Shown: positions 55,652-64,000 of the stretch, one piece after another
How the letters are laid out: every line of letters starts with the position of its first letter
Position numbering within the stretch: the first letter of the stretch is position 1
Translations under genes and position numbers: made by a program
The notes under the pieces: model-generated
Database searches by the model: none
What the model was told of the DNA's origin: nothing
What the model saw: only the letters and a program-made list of their open reading frames with translations
Assembly (NCBI GenBank): GCA_033763315.1
Contig: JANRKS010000029.1
Location: 32,001 to 96,000, forward strand
Direction: 5' to 3'
Length of the DNA: 64,000 bases
Origin: Deltaproteobacteria bacterium
GTDB taxonomy: Bacteria; Myxococcota_A; Polyangia; Fen-1088

Positions 55652-55912
55652 AACCCGTGGCGCGCGAGCGGCGGAAGGTGGGGGCAAAGATGAGGGAGAA
55701 GACACGGGGTTGGGCCTGGGCTGCTTACGATGCAATTGCAGGGCCGTGACAAGTGGACCGCGAGCCGTTTCGTTACGCGGCCTTAACTGTCACGCGGAAG
55801 GGCCGTGGCCTGCCACCGATGGCACACCGTATCCCGTTTGCCACACGTACCGTGACGAGGTGCACGCGCGCCGGGGTCGACGTTTTTCTCCATTTGAGGT
55901 ATCAGTGGCGCC

Positions 55913-56374
55913 ATGCCAATCGACGTCCAGCTCAACGATATGCTTAAAGAGGCGATGCGGAACAAAGATTCCCGCGCCGCCAACTGTGTTCGCATGATCA
56001 AAACGAAGTTCATGGAGCGCCGCACGGCGCCCGGCTTCAAGGGCGAGCTGAATGATGAACTTTGGCTGGACGTTATCACCGCCTACCAAAAGCAGATGAA
56101 GAAGAGCCGGGACGAATACGCGGGCCTCGGCGACCGCGGCGCTGAAGCGCTTGAGCAGCTCGACTATGAAATCGCGTTTTGCCAAAAGTTCCTGCCCCAA
56201 TTGGCCGGTGAAGACGAAGTGCGGGCGGCCGTCAATGCGGTCGTGGCGGCGAGCGGCGTCACCGATGTCAAGCAATCCGGCAAAGTGGTGGGCGAAGTCA
56301 TGAAGGCCAACAAAGGCAAGTTCGACGCCGCGATGGTGAAGCGTTTGGTGGAAGAAGCCCTGGCGGCCAAATAA
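55913..56374 (+). CDS. yqeY: GatB/YqeY domain protein
   Basis: KEAMRNKD, EIAFCQKFLPQL and GKVVGEVM...GKFD. Confidence 0.9.
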   Translation: MPIDVQLNDMLKEAMRNKDSRAANCVRMIKTKFMERRTAPGFKGELNDELWLDVITAYQKQMKKSRDEYAGLGDRGAEALEQLDYEIAFCQKFLPQLAGEDEVRAAVNAVVAASGVTDVKQSGKVVGEVMKANKGKFDAAMVKRLVEEALAAK

Positions 56375-56388
56375 AGAAGGAAATGCAG

Positions 56389-56673
56389 ATGAGCCTCAAG
56401 CACAACAGTTACTTCGATGGCCAAGTGCAAAGCATTGGCTTTGAACGCAACGGCCGCCGCGCCACCGCCGGCGTGATCGCCGCGGGAGAGTTTCACTTTG
56501 GCACCGACGCGCCTGAACGCATGACGATCACCAGCGGTGTGCTTGAAGTGCGCTTGGCGGGCCAATCCGCGTGGGCGTTGTTCCCCGTGGGCACAGCGTT
56601 CGAGGTGCCGGGCAAAAGTGGCTTCGATGTGCGTGCCACCGCGCCTGTCGCCTACGTTTGCGAATTCCTGTAG
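56389..56673 (+). CDS. ppnP: Pyrimidine/purine nucleoside phosphorylase
   Basis: HNSYFDGQVQSIGF, FGTDAPERM, FEVPGKSGF and AYVCEF; alternative start at 56383. Confidence 0.93.
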   Translation: MSLKHNSYFDGQVQSIGFERNGRRATAGVIAAGEFHFGTDAPERMTITSGVLEVRLAGQSAWALFPVGTAFEVPGKSGFDVRATAPVAYVCEFL

Positions 56674-56693
56674 GCCTTCACCCACCGTCACCT

Positions 56694-56732
56694 CGCCCGC
56701 GCACCTCGTTGTGTCGCGGGCGTTTTCGTTTT
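56694..56732 (+). terminator. Intrinsic terminator after yqeY-ppnP
   Basis: Stem CGCCCGCGCAC / GTG(T)CGCGGGCG followed by TTTTCGTTTT. Confidence 0.7.
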
Positions 56733-56768
56733 CGCCCCTCGCGCCGACGCTGTAGCTTAAGTGGCTAA

Positions 56769-59700
56769 GTGACAGGCCTTCGCTTCATCGTGTGCGCAAG
56801 CGCATTGACCACGGTTTTGTTGTTCAACAGCAAGGCCAACGCCTCGGTGTGGTCGGTGCCTTGGCGCGCGGGGGCGGAAGCGCGCGATGTGATCACACTG
56901 GGCACACCGTCGGTGACATTAGACATTGCGCAAACGCGCGACGGCTATGTGTGGTTGGCCGCCATGAATGGTTTGTTCCGCTATGACGGCGATCGGCTGG
57001 CGAAGCAGGCGTTGGAGGGGGACGTGCCCGCGGTACGCAAGCTCATGCCGACGCGACGGGGCCAGCTGTGGGTGGCTGGCGGTGGCGGTTATCTCGATGT
57101 CGATGTGGGCACAGGCGATCCCTTTCTCGTTGGCTTGCGTGAAGGGCATGGCGGCCTGTTCGTTTTAGAGCAAGGTCAGACCAAACGCATCTTGCCTGCA
57201 GACGACGCTCCGGCGCACTGGGTGTGGAGCATGGGAGAGCTGGCTGATGGGCGCGTGGTGGCGGGCACGGAGAATGGCTTGTGGTTGATCGATCCTCGCG
57301 ATGGCCAAAGCACGCCTGTGGCCGCCCCTGTGCCTGCGCATGCACGTCACGTGGCCGCGCTTTTGGTGCAGAGTACGGCCGTTGGTGAGATCGTGTGGTT
57401 CGCGAACGCCGCGGGCGTATGGCGGTGGACCGTCGCGGGTCGCCAACCTCCCGAGCTTGTGTTCGCCATGGTGGGTGTGCGCGACGTGGTTTTCGCGCGA
57501 GGCGGATTCTGGATTGTCCAAGACGCCCACTTGCACCGTGTGAAGGAGGGCGTGATCGTACAAACGATCGCGGCGGCGGCTGGCGAGCAGTTCCGCTCGT
57601 TCTTGGATTCAGAGGGCGAGCCACCGTGGGTGGGCACAACGTTTGGTTTGCAGCGTCTGCGCGACGGAAAGTTGAACGCCGCGGATGAAACGCTGCCCAA
57701 GCAAACGGTGCGTGCGCTTATGCGAGATCGCGAAGGCAATGTATGGGCCGCGTGCAAAGGCTCAGGCGCGGCGTTGCTGCGCGTGCCTGCGGTGCACAAC
57801 CTGGGGCAACGCGAAGGGCTGCCCGCCGATGTTGTGTTGTCGTTGTTGCCGCAAACAGGGGCTTGGGATGCGATGTGGGCGGCAACGCGGGAGGGCCTGG
57901 TGCACATCAGCCGCGGCGAAATCACCGCTCGTCCCATGCCGCAAGAGGCACCTGATTGGCGCCTGCGCAATCTGGCCCAACAGAGCGATGGTACCTTGTG
58001 GGCCGGTTTTGATCGGCTGGGTCGCTACAAAGACGGCAGAACCAGCGTGATCTCGCCTGACGCTTTAGGTGGCCGTGTGCGAGCGCTCGCGGTGGATCCC
58101 AAACGCGAAACGCTGTGGCTTGGTTTTCTTGAAGGCGGGGCCAAAGCGTTTCGCCATGGCGATCTCCTGCAGCCTGAACCCGTGCCGCAGGGATTGTGCC
58201 CAGGGCCGGTCAACGGCATCGTGCCCGCGCAAGGCGGCGAGGTGTGGTTCTTGAGCCCGCGTGGCGTTGCCCTGTTGCCGAGCGATGCCACAAACGCGCG
58301 TTGCTATCCAATCGAAGGACTCGGTTCAACATCCGTCACGGGCTTGGTGCAAGACGGTGACGGCACCGCGTGGATCACAGCCACGGGATCACACGGATTG
58401 CTGAGGCTATCGCACGACGTGGTGACTGCTGTTCCTAGGGCGGCGGAATTTCCGCCTTCGTCGCTTTACGCCGCCGCCCGCGATAGCCGTGGCAGCCTGT
58501 GGTTTTCAAGCTATCAAGGTGTCTTTAACGTCCAGGCCGAAGCGCTCGATCGGTGGACACGCGGCGAAGGCCCCGTACCGCTCGTGTTTCATGTTGATAA
58601 TGAGGCGGGCATGCGCAGCGCGGATTGCCAAACCAGCTTCGGACCCACGCTTGTGCCTTGGGGCGATGGCGGCGTCATGGTGGCCACCGCCTTGGGCGTG
58701 GCGGCGATTAAGCCGGCGCACGCTTTGCCGCGGCCCCACATCGAGCCTGTGGTTGATGTTGTGTTCGTGGATGGCGTGCCGATCAACGCTGCCCACGTGA
58801 TCCCGCCGGGCGCCCAGCGCATCGAAATCCGCTACAGCGCACCCACCTTTGTGGCGGGTGCGAAACCTCGTTTCGAGCAGCGTCTGGACGGGGTGGATGC
58901 CACGTGGCGCGCGGTGGGTGAACTGCGCTCAGCCCTGTTTGCAAAGCTTCCGGCGCGGGATTATGCCCTGCGAATTCGGATCGTGGGTGAGCCGCAAAGA
59001 AGCGCTGTTGTGGCGTTCAAGGTGCTTGCCCCTTGGTATCGTCGACCGCTGTTCTTGGTGATGGTGGTGGTGGCGGTTTTAGCGCTGTTCGTCTTGTTTT
59101 ACCGGTGGCGCATCAACCAATTGGCCGCAGGTTTCAACGCCATCACGAAAGAACGCACCCGCATCGCCCGCGATTGGCACGATGGCCTGTCACAGGTCTT
59201 CTTGGGCATCGGCTATCAGCTTGAGGCTATGCGCATGAGGCTTGCGAAGGGAACCGTAACTGCAGCGGATCCCAGCTTGCTGACGATCATCGACGAAGCC
59301 GCGGCGATGATCAAAGGTGCGCAGCAAGACGTGAAAAAAACGTTGTGGGATCTGCGCGATGGCGACGGTGATAAGAATCGCTTCTTGGCGCTGTTCGATG
59401 AACTGGCACATACCTCGCGCAAACGTTTCAACGTCAACGTTCAGATAAAAGTCAGTGGCACGTTGCCACGAGCAGGACAGATCACCGAGGAATGGCCGCG
59501 GATCGCGCAAGAGGCGGTGACAAACGCTGTAAGGCATGGGAAGGCCAAGAATATCTTTGTGGTGTTGGCGTTCGACGGACCGCTGGCCACGCTCACAATT
59601 GATGATGACGGCATAGGTGTGCAACCAACAAGCGGCAACCGTGGGTCATTCGGTCTTGTGGGCATGCGCGAACGCGCGGCACGTTGTGGCGGAACTTTAG

Positions 59701-59801
59701 TTGTTGAGCCCGCTCCCGGTGGGGTGGGAACGCGTCTGCAGGTTGTAGTAGACTCAAACGTGCATGGGAAACAACGTCATTCGGGTGTTGATCGCGGATG
59801 A
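56769..59801 (+). CDS. Sensor histidine kinase with periplasmic beta-propeller (Reg_prop) and Y_Y_Y-like domains and a HisKA_3 core
   Basis: QTRDGYVW..GLFRYDG, DREGNVW and DSRGSLW repeats; PWYRR followed by a TM helix; ERTRIARDWHD, EAVTNAVRH, DDGIG and GLVGMRERA. Confidence 0.92.
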   Translation: MTGLRFIVCASALTTVLLFNSKANASVWSVPWRAGAEARDVITLGTPSVTLDIAQTRDGYVWLAAMNGLFRYDGDRLAKQALEGDVPAVRKLMPTRRGQLWVAGGGGYLDVDVGTGDPFLVGLREGHGGLFVLEQGQTKRILPADDAPAHWVWSMGELADGRVVAGTENGLWLIDPRDGQSTPVAAPVPAHARHVAALLVQSTAVGEIVWFANAAGVWRWTVAGRQPPELVFAMVGVRDVVFARGGFWIVQDAHLHRVKEGVIVQTIAAAAGEQFRSFLDSEGEPPWVGTTFGLQRLRDGKLNAADETLPKQTVRALMRDREGNVWAACKGSGAALLRVPAVHNLGQREGLPADVVLSLLPQTGAWDAMWAATREGLVHISRGEITARPMPQEAPDWRLRNLAQQSDGTLWAGFDRLGRYKDGRTSVISPDALGGRVRALAVDPKRETLWLGFLEGGAKAFRHGDLLQPEPVPQGLCPGPVNGIVPAQGGEVWFLSPRGVALLPSDATNARCYPIEGLGSTSVTGLVQDGDGTAWITATGSHGLLRLSHDVVTAVPRAAEFPPSSLYAAARDSRGSLWFSSYQGVFNVQAEALDRWTRGEGPVPLVFHVDNEAGMRSADCQTSFGPTLVPWGDGGVMVATALGVAAIKPAHALPRPHIEPVVDVVFVDGVPINAAHVIPPGAQRIEIRYSAPTFVAGAKPRFEQRLDGVDATWRAVGELRSALFAKLPARDYALRIRIVGEPQRSAVVAFKVLAPWYRRPLFLVMVVVAVLALFVLFYRWRINQLAAGFNAITKERTRIARDWHDGLSQVFLGIGYQLEAMRMRLAKGTVTAADPSLLTIIDEAAAMIKGAQQDVKKTLWDLRDGDGDKNRFLALFDELAHTSRKRFNVNVQIKVSGTLPRAGQITEEWPRIAQEAVTNAVRHGKAKNIFVVLAFDGPLATLTIDDDGIGVQPTSGNRGSFGLVGMRERAARCGGTLVVEPAPGGVGTRLQVVVDSNVHGKQRHSGVDRG

Positions 59802-60393
59802 TCATCCCGTGGCACGCAAGGGCGTGGCGTCCTTGCTTGCCGCCAGCGCCGGGGTGGACGTGGTCGGCGAGGTGAGCAATGGCGCTGAGGTGCTGGCGCT
59901 CTACCCAAACTTGAAGCCCGATGTTGTGGTGACCGATCTGCGGATGCCGGTGCTTGATGGCGTGGCACTGACCCGCGCACTGTTGGCGTTCGACGCGCAG
60001 GCGCGCGTGCTCATCTTCACGCATTACGATGGCGACGAGCAGGTGCTGCAAGCGTTGCGGGCGGGCGCGCGCGGATATCTCACGAAAGACGCCGAAGGCG
60101 CCGTGTTGCTTTCCGCCATCACCACTTTGGCCAAAGGCGGGCTCTACATCCCTGCGGAACTGGCAGGACGCTATGCGGAGATTGTAAGTCGCCCGTCGCT
60201 GAGCCCGCGCGAGCGTGAAACTTTGGGTTTGATGGCGCAAGGCCTAACCAACCCGCAAATCGCGGGCCGCCTTGGCATCAGCGAACGCACCGTGGCGCTG
60301 CACGTGGGCAACGTTTTGGCGAAGATGGGCGCCAAAACACGCACCGAAGCTGTCACCTTAGGTGCACGCAGCGGCCTATTGGACGTGGATTGA
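59764..60393 (+). CDS. NarL/LuxR family response regulator
   Basis: IADDH, DLRMP, GYLTK and LSPRE...NPQIA..LGISERTV; overlaps the kinase stop. Confidence 0.95.
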   Translation: MGNNVIRVLIADDHPVARKGVASLLAASAGVDVVGEVSNGAEVLALYPNLKPDVVVTDLRMPVLDGVALTRALLAFDAQARVLIFTHYDGDEQVLQALRAGARGYLTKDAEGAVLLSAITTLAKGGLYIPAELAGRYAEIVSRPSLSPRERETLGLMAQGLTNPQIAGRLGISERTVALHVGNVLAKMGAKTRTEAVTLGARSGLLDVD

Positions 60394-60404
60394 TGTCCAG
60401 GGGG

Positions 60405-60428
60405 ACCCCTGTCTGATCTGACAGGGGT
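60405..60428. promoter_or_regulatory. Perfect palindrome; candidate binding site for the NarL-type regulator (or a hairpin)
   Basis: ACCCCTGTC-TGATCT-GACAGGGGT lies between the regulator stop and the DUF1592 operon, with no U-tract. Confidence 0.55.
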
Positions 60429-60535
60429 GGCTGGCACATCGCGCGCAACAACGCTGCGGATCCTTCCATCCCTTGCCACCGCTTTCATCGCCTACCGTTA
60501 AGAACGCAACATTTTGGCGTTTTTGGAGGTGCCGA

Positions 60536-62272
60536 ATGAAGTCCCTGGCCCCACGTTCTGTATGTTTGTCACTGCCGCGCTCGACGCTGGCATTTGTTTT
60601 CGTCGCCTCGACGTTCACGGCGTGCACAGCGACGATGAATCCATCCGGTGGCGATGATGATGGGGCGGGTGGATCGGCTGGTGGAGGCGATGCGGGAGGC
60701 AAGGGCGCAGACGCTGCACAAGGCGGCAACGCCGGTGGCGCCATGGCGGCGCCCGCCTTGGGCGTTGTGCCTCTGCGCCGCCTGACCAAACGGGAATATG
60801 AAAACACGATCAGGGATCTGTTGGGTGCGCCGGCAAGCTACGCCGCCGGCTATCCGGTAGATGACGTAAGCAAGCACGGCTTTGCCACCGCCACGAACAC
60901 CTCAGAGTTGATGGCCACGTCAACGATGGAGGCAGCTGATGGCTTGGCGCGTTTTGCGGTGGGAAAACTAAACACACTGCTGCCCTGTTCCACCGCCGGG
61001 GACGACGCGTGCGCAACATCGCTTATCGAAAACCTTGGTCAACGCGCGTTTCGCCGGCCACTGCTCACCAGTGAGAAACAAGAGCTGTTTGCGCTTTACA
61101 ACTATGGGCGAAAAGAGCTGGCCCTTGACTTCAAAGGTGGCGTTCGCGTGTTGCTCACAGCGATGCTGCAGGCCCCTCAATTTCTTTATCATTGGGAGCA
61201 AGGTGAGCAATCTGTGGCCAAACAAGACGATGGCAGCGTCAGCTTGGGCGCCTACCACTTGGCCTCGCGTCTTTCTTATTTTCTGTGGGGCTCGATGCCT
61301 GATGCTGCGTTGTTCGAGGCCGCCGCGAACAACCGCTTAAGCGATCCGGGCGAGCGCGAGACGCAGGCGCGGCGATTGCTGGCAGACGCCAAGGGGCGGG
61401 GGACGGTATCCGACTTCTTTACGCAGCTGCTTTACCTCGATGGTGTGGTGCGCGCAGAGAAGGACACGCAGTCGCATCCCGAATGGACGGCAGCCGTGAG
61501 AGCGGCCGCGTTGCTTGAGAGCCAGAAGTTCGTGCAAGACGTTGTGCTGGATGGCGATGGCACGTGGCGATCGCTGATGACCGCCAATGGCTCGTTCGTC
61601 GATGAACCGTTGGGCAAACTCTATGGCGTGACGAACGTCAAAGGTACGAGCCTCGCCAAGGCAGACTTGCCTTTCAGCCAGCGCGCCGGGCTACTCACGC
61701 GGGCGGCGTTTTTGGCGGCGCATTCAGGGCCCACGGACACCGCGCTGGTCACGCCGATTCACCGCGGGCAAACGGTGCGCAAACGGCTGCTTTGCCAAAC
61801 CATACCGCCGCCCATGGCCAACATACAGTCGCGGGCTTCAAGTGGTACCACCACGCGCGAGCGGCTCAATAGCCACGTGGCGGATCCCGCGTGCGCGGCT
61901 TGCCACACGCTGATGGACGATCTTGGATTCGCATTCGAGAATTACGACGCCACGGGCCGTTGGCGCACGATGGACAACGGCAAGCCCGTGGACGCAAGTG
62001 GCATCATCTCGGCGCTGGACAGTGGTGAGCCGACGTTCAACAACGGCCTTGAGCTTGCTAAGCTCCTGGCGAACACACCCGAGGTCAACGAATGTGTGGC
62101 CTCAAGCCTGCTTCGCTATGGGCTTGGCCGCATGGATACCGAGGGCGAAGCGAAGTCCCTGTTGGGGACGCTGCAAGGGGATGAACTCAATGTGCGCGAG
62201 GCACTGATCAAGGTGGCCGCGTCGCGCGGCTTTGCATTTCGTTTGCTGTCACAAGGCGAGGTTTTGCCATGA
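60536..62272 (+). CDS. DUF1592/DUF1588-type (PSD/PSCyt) heme-motif lipoprotein
   Basis: SD GGAGGT; FTAC lipobox; RRLTKREYENTIRDLLG, RAFRRP, LASRLSYFLWGSMPD, RAGLLT, CAACH and GFAFENYD. Confidence 0.9.
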   Translation: MKSLAPRSVCLSLPRSTLAFVFVASTFTACTATMNPSGGDDDGAGGSAGGGDAGGKGADAAQGGNAGGAMAAPALGVVPLRRLTKREYENTIRDLLGAPASYAAGYPVDDVSKHGFATATNTSELMATSTMEAADGLARFAVGKLNTLLPCSTAGDDACATSLIENLGQRAFRRPLLTSEKQELFALYNYGRKELALDFKGGVRVLLTAMLQAPQFLYHWEQGEQSVAKQDDGSVSLGAYHLASRLSYFLWGSMPDAALFEAAANNRLSDPGERETQARRLLADAKGRGTVSDFFTQLLYLDGVVRAEKDTQSHPEWTAAVRAAALLESQKFVQDVVLDGDGTWRSLMTANGSFVDEPLGKLYGVTNVKGTSLAKADLPFSQRAGLLTRAAFLAAHSGPTDTALVTPIHRGQTVRKRLLCQTIPPPMANIQSRASSGTTTRERLNSHVADPACAACHTLMDDLGFAFENYDATGRWRTMDNGKPVDASGIISALDSGEPTFNNGLELAKLLANTPEVNECVASSLLRYGLGRMDTEGEAKSLLGTLQGDELNVREALIKVAASRGFAFRLLSQGEVLP

Positions 62273-63726
62273 AGCTTATCCGAGATTGGACTTCGAGCCG
62301 TCGCGCGTTTTTGAAGGCCTCGGGCCTAGGCGCCGCCATGCTGCCCGTTTTGTCATTCGAGCGCGCGGCCAAAGGCGCCACCGCGCCCCACCGGCTGCTG
62401 GTGATTGTGTCACCCAACGGATGGGTGCACGACACGTTCATCCCCAAGAGCGCAACGGCCGCCGCATTGTCAGGGCTGACACTGCCTGATGGCACAAAGC
62501 CGCTTGAGCCGCACAAGGCCGATGTCAACTTCATCCCAGGCTTGGAATACCGCAACTATAAGGCGTTTTATCCAAGCACAGTGGATTACGTGGATTGCCA
62601 CCATTCGTTGCCGCACCTGTTAAACGGCAAGATTGGCGTGATGGGCAAAAACTCGTCGTCGCGGCCACAGGATGGCGCTTCGGGTTACCGTCCCGCTGGC
62701 GGTGGGAAGTCCATCGATCAATGGTGGGCCGATCTACAAGTTCAAGCGGGCGCTAAACTTGCCTATCCCAACTTGGTCCTGGGCATTCAGAACGAAAGCT
62801 GCTGTGAACCTACAATGGTGCAAGCCTCCTACCGCGATGCCGACCAGCCGAATTCGGTTGAAAACGACCCGTATCGCTTGAATCAACGCTTGTTTGCAAA
62901 CCTTGCGTTGAATCAAGTCGAGATCGAGAAGCTGAACAAAGAGCGCAAGAGCGTCTTAGATTACGTGGGCAAGAACATTGATTCTTTCGCGAAGAAGCTT
63001 GGCACAGAAGATCGCCAATTGGTGCAGCAACACCTTGAGTCTGTCCGTCGGATTGAATCGAATCTACAATCCACCTTGGCAACGGGGTGCCAAAAGCCCA
63101 ACGTGGGCGCCGCCATGAACATCACATCCAACGTCAACGTGCCCGCTTTGATCAACGCACAGTTTGATAACGTGGCCGCGGCCATGGCGTGTGACACCAC
63201 ACGGGCGGCGGTGGTGTCGTTGGCCAACGGTGGGGGTGGCTGGTTTCCCGAATGGCTCAACAACCCTGACTTCAACGGCGGCCCCCTGGCGGGCAATGCC
63301 GGCAACAACCGCAACCATCATGATCTCGCACACGCGTCGGGCTCGAACGCAGAGGCAAAACGACTTAAAACGATTCTTGAAAGCTGGTTCATGGCGCAGT
63401 TTGCGGGCTTGATCACGCGCTTCAAGGCAATCAAAGAGGGCAGCGGCACCATGTTGGACAACACGATCATCTTGTGGGTGAACAACATGGGCACGGGTGA
63501 TCACTCGTGGCGCCACAACGTGTGGGTCACCGCGGGCGGCAAAGGCATGGGCTTTGCCACAGGCCAATACCTGCCGCAGGGCGAATGGGCGAGCCGCGGC
63601 TTAAGCGGCGCGTGTGTGCCACAAAACGGCGTGCTCACCGCCATTGCCAACGCGCTTGCCGGTGCCAACATGACGTCGTTCGGCGACGCGCAATTTGGCG
63701 GTCAAATACCAGGCCTTCGTGCGTAA
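62269..63726 (+). CDS. DUF1552 domain protein with Tat signal
   Basis: SRRAFLK, PNG, SIDQ, KSVLD, HLESVRRIE, AMACDTTR, HHDLAH and EGSGTMLDNT; ATGA-coupled. Confidence 0.9.
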   Translation: MKLIRDWTSSRRAFLKASGLGAAMLPVLSFERAAKGATAPHRLLVIVSPNGWVHDTFIPKSATAAALSGLTLPDGTKPLEPHKADVNFIPGLEYRNYKAFYPSTVDYVDCHHSLPHLLNGKIGVMGKNSSSRPQDGASGYRPAGGGKSIDQWWADLQVQAGAKLAYPNLVLGIQNESCCEPTMVQASYRDADQPNSVENDPYRLNQRLFANLALNQVEIEKLNKERKSVLDYVGKNIDSFAKKLGTEDRQLVQQHLESVRRIESNLQSTLATGCQKPNVGAAMNITSNVNVPALINAQFDNVAAAMACDTTRAAVVSLANGGGGWFPEWLNNPDFNGGPLAGNAGNNRNHHDLAHASGSNAEAKRLKTILESWFMAQFAGLITRFKAIKEGSGTMLDNTIILWVNNMGTGDHSWRHNVWVTAGGKGMGFATGQYLPQGEWASRGLSGACVPQNGVLTAIANALAGANMTSFGDAQFGGQIPGLRA

Positions 63727-63729
63727 GTG

Positions 63730-64000
63730 ATGCGCCGACGGCATTTTTTAGCGGCCGCTGGTGGCGCGGTGTGCCTGGCGCCGGCCGCTGCGTTTGCTGG
63801 CAAAGCGTGGCAGCCGCTTTGGAACGGGCGTGATCTGCAGGGCTGGACCACGTGGGTGGGCATCCCGCACCGATCACGTGTGGGGTTGCCGCTGCCGAAG
63901 AACCCAGACGGAACCTACGCCGAGCCACTTGGCGAAAACAACGATCCGCGGGGCGTCTACACTGTGGTCGAGCGTGATGGTCAAAAGCTCTTGCGCATCT
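63730..64000 (+). CDS. DUF1080 (3-keto-disaccharide hydrolase-like) protein, 3' truncated
   Basis: Hand translation: MRRRHFLAAAGG (Tat-like), WQPLWNGRDLQGWTTW and NNDPRGVYTV..DG..LRI. Absent from the ORF track because it runs off the window. Confidence 0.8.
   Translation, partial: MRRRHFLAAAGGAVCLAPAAAFAGKAWQPLWNGRDLQGWTTWVGIPHRSRVGLPLPKNPDGTYAEPLGENNDPRGVYTVVERDGQKLLRI

Noticed and set aside
1-64000. tRNA, rRNA, IS elements, integrases, prophage
   Set aside because: I recognised no cloverleaf, rRNA signature, transposase/integrase motif or terminal inverted repeats by eye; a covariance-model scan was not run.

Overview
A GC-rich, gene-dense bacterial chromosomal segment. The gene content suggests Myxococcota (inference: Ser/Thr kinase-PEGA module, Cys-rich and Gly-linker lipoproteins, DUF1592/DUF1552 pair, alpha-2-macroglobulin, MutS2). 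I count about 41 CDS and see no rRNA, tRNA, CRISPR array or mobile element. All family names come from motif recognition by eye; no database search was run. The strongest candidate for an undescribed system is a five-gene minus-strand operon at 46.5-54.8 kb. It has two cholesterol-oxidase-like GMC flavoenzymes, a membrane metal-hydrolase-like protein, a Cys-nucleophile alpha/beta hydrolase, and a 915-aa chimera. The chimera joins a collapsed, catalytically dead GMC domain, a GMC-associated domain, a TM helix and two tandem dirigent/allene-oxide-cyclase-like barrels. Other highlights: (1) a >1230-aa multiheme lipoprotein missing from the ORF track; (2) a full-length, plant-like phytochelatin synthase; (3) an AraC/PhyH divergent pair that shares an 18-bp operator-like repeat but is split by a TMTC-like gene; (4) an ECF42-type promoter before a DGPF gene; (5) many leaderless-type promoters; (6) a propeller sensor/NarL pair with a palindrome ahead of DUF1592-DUF1552-DUF1080.
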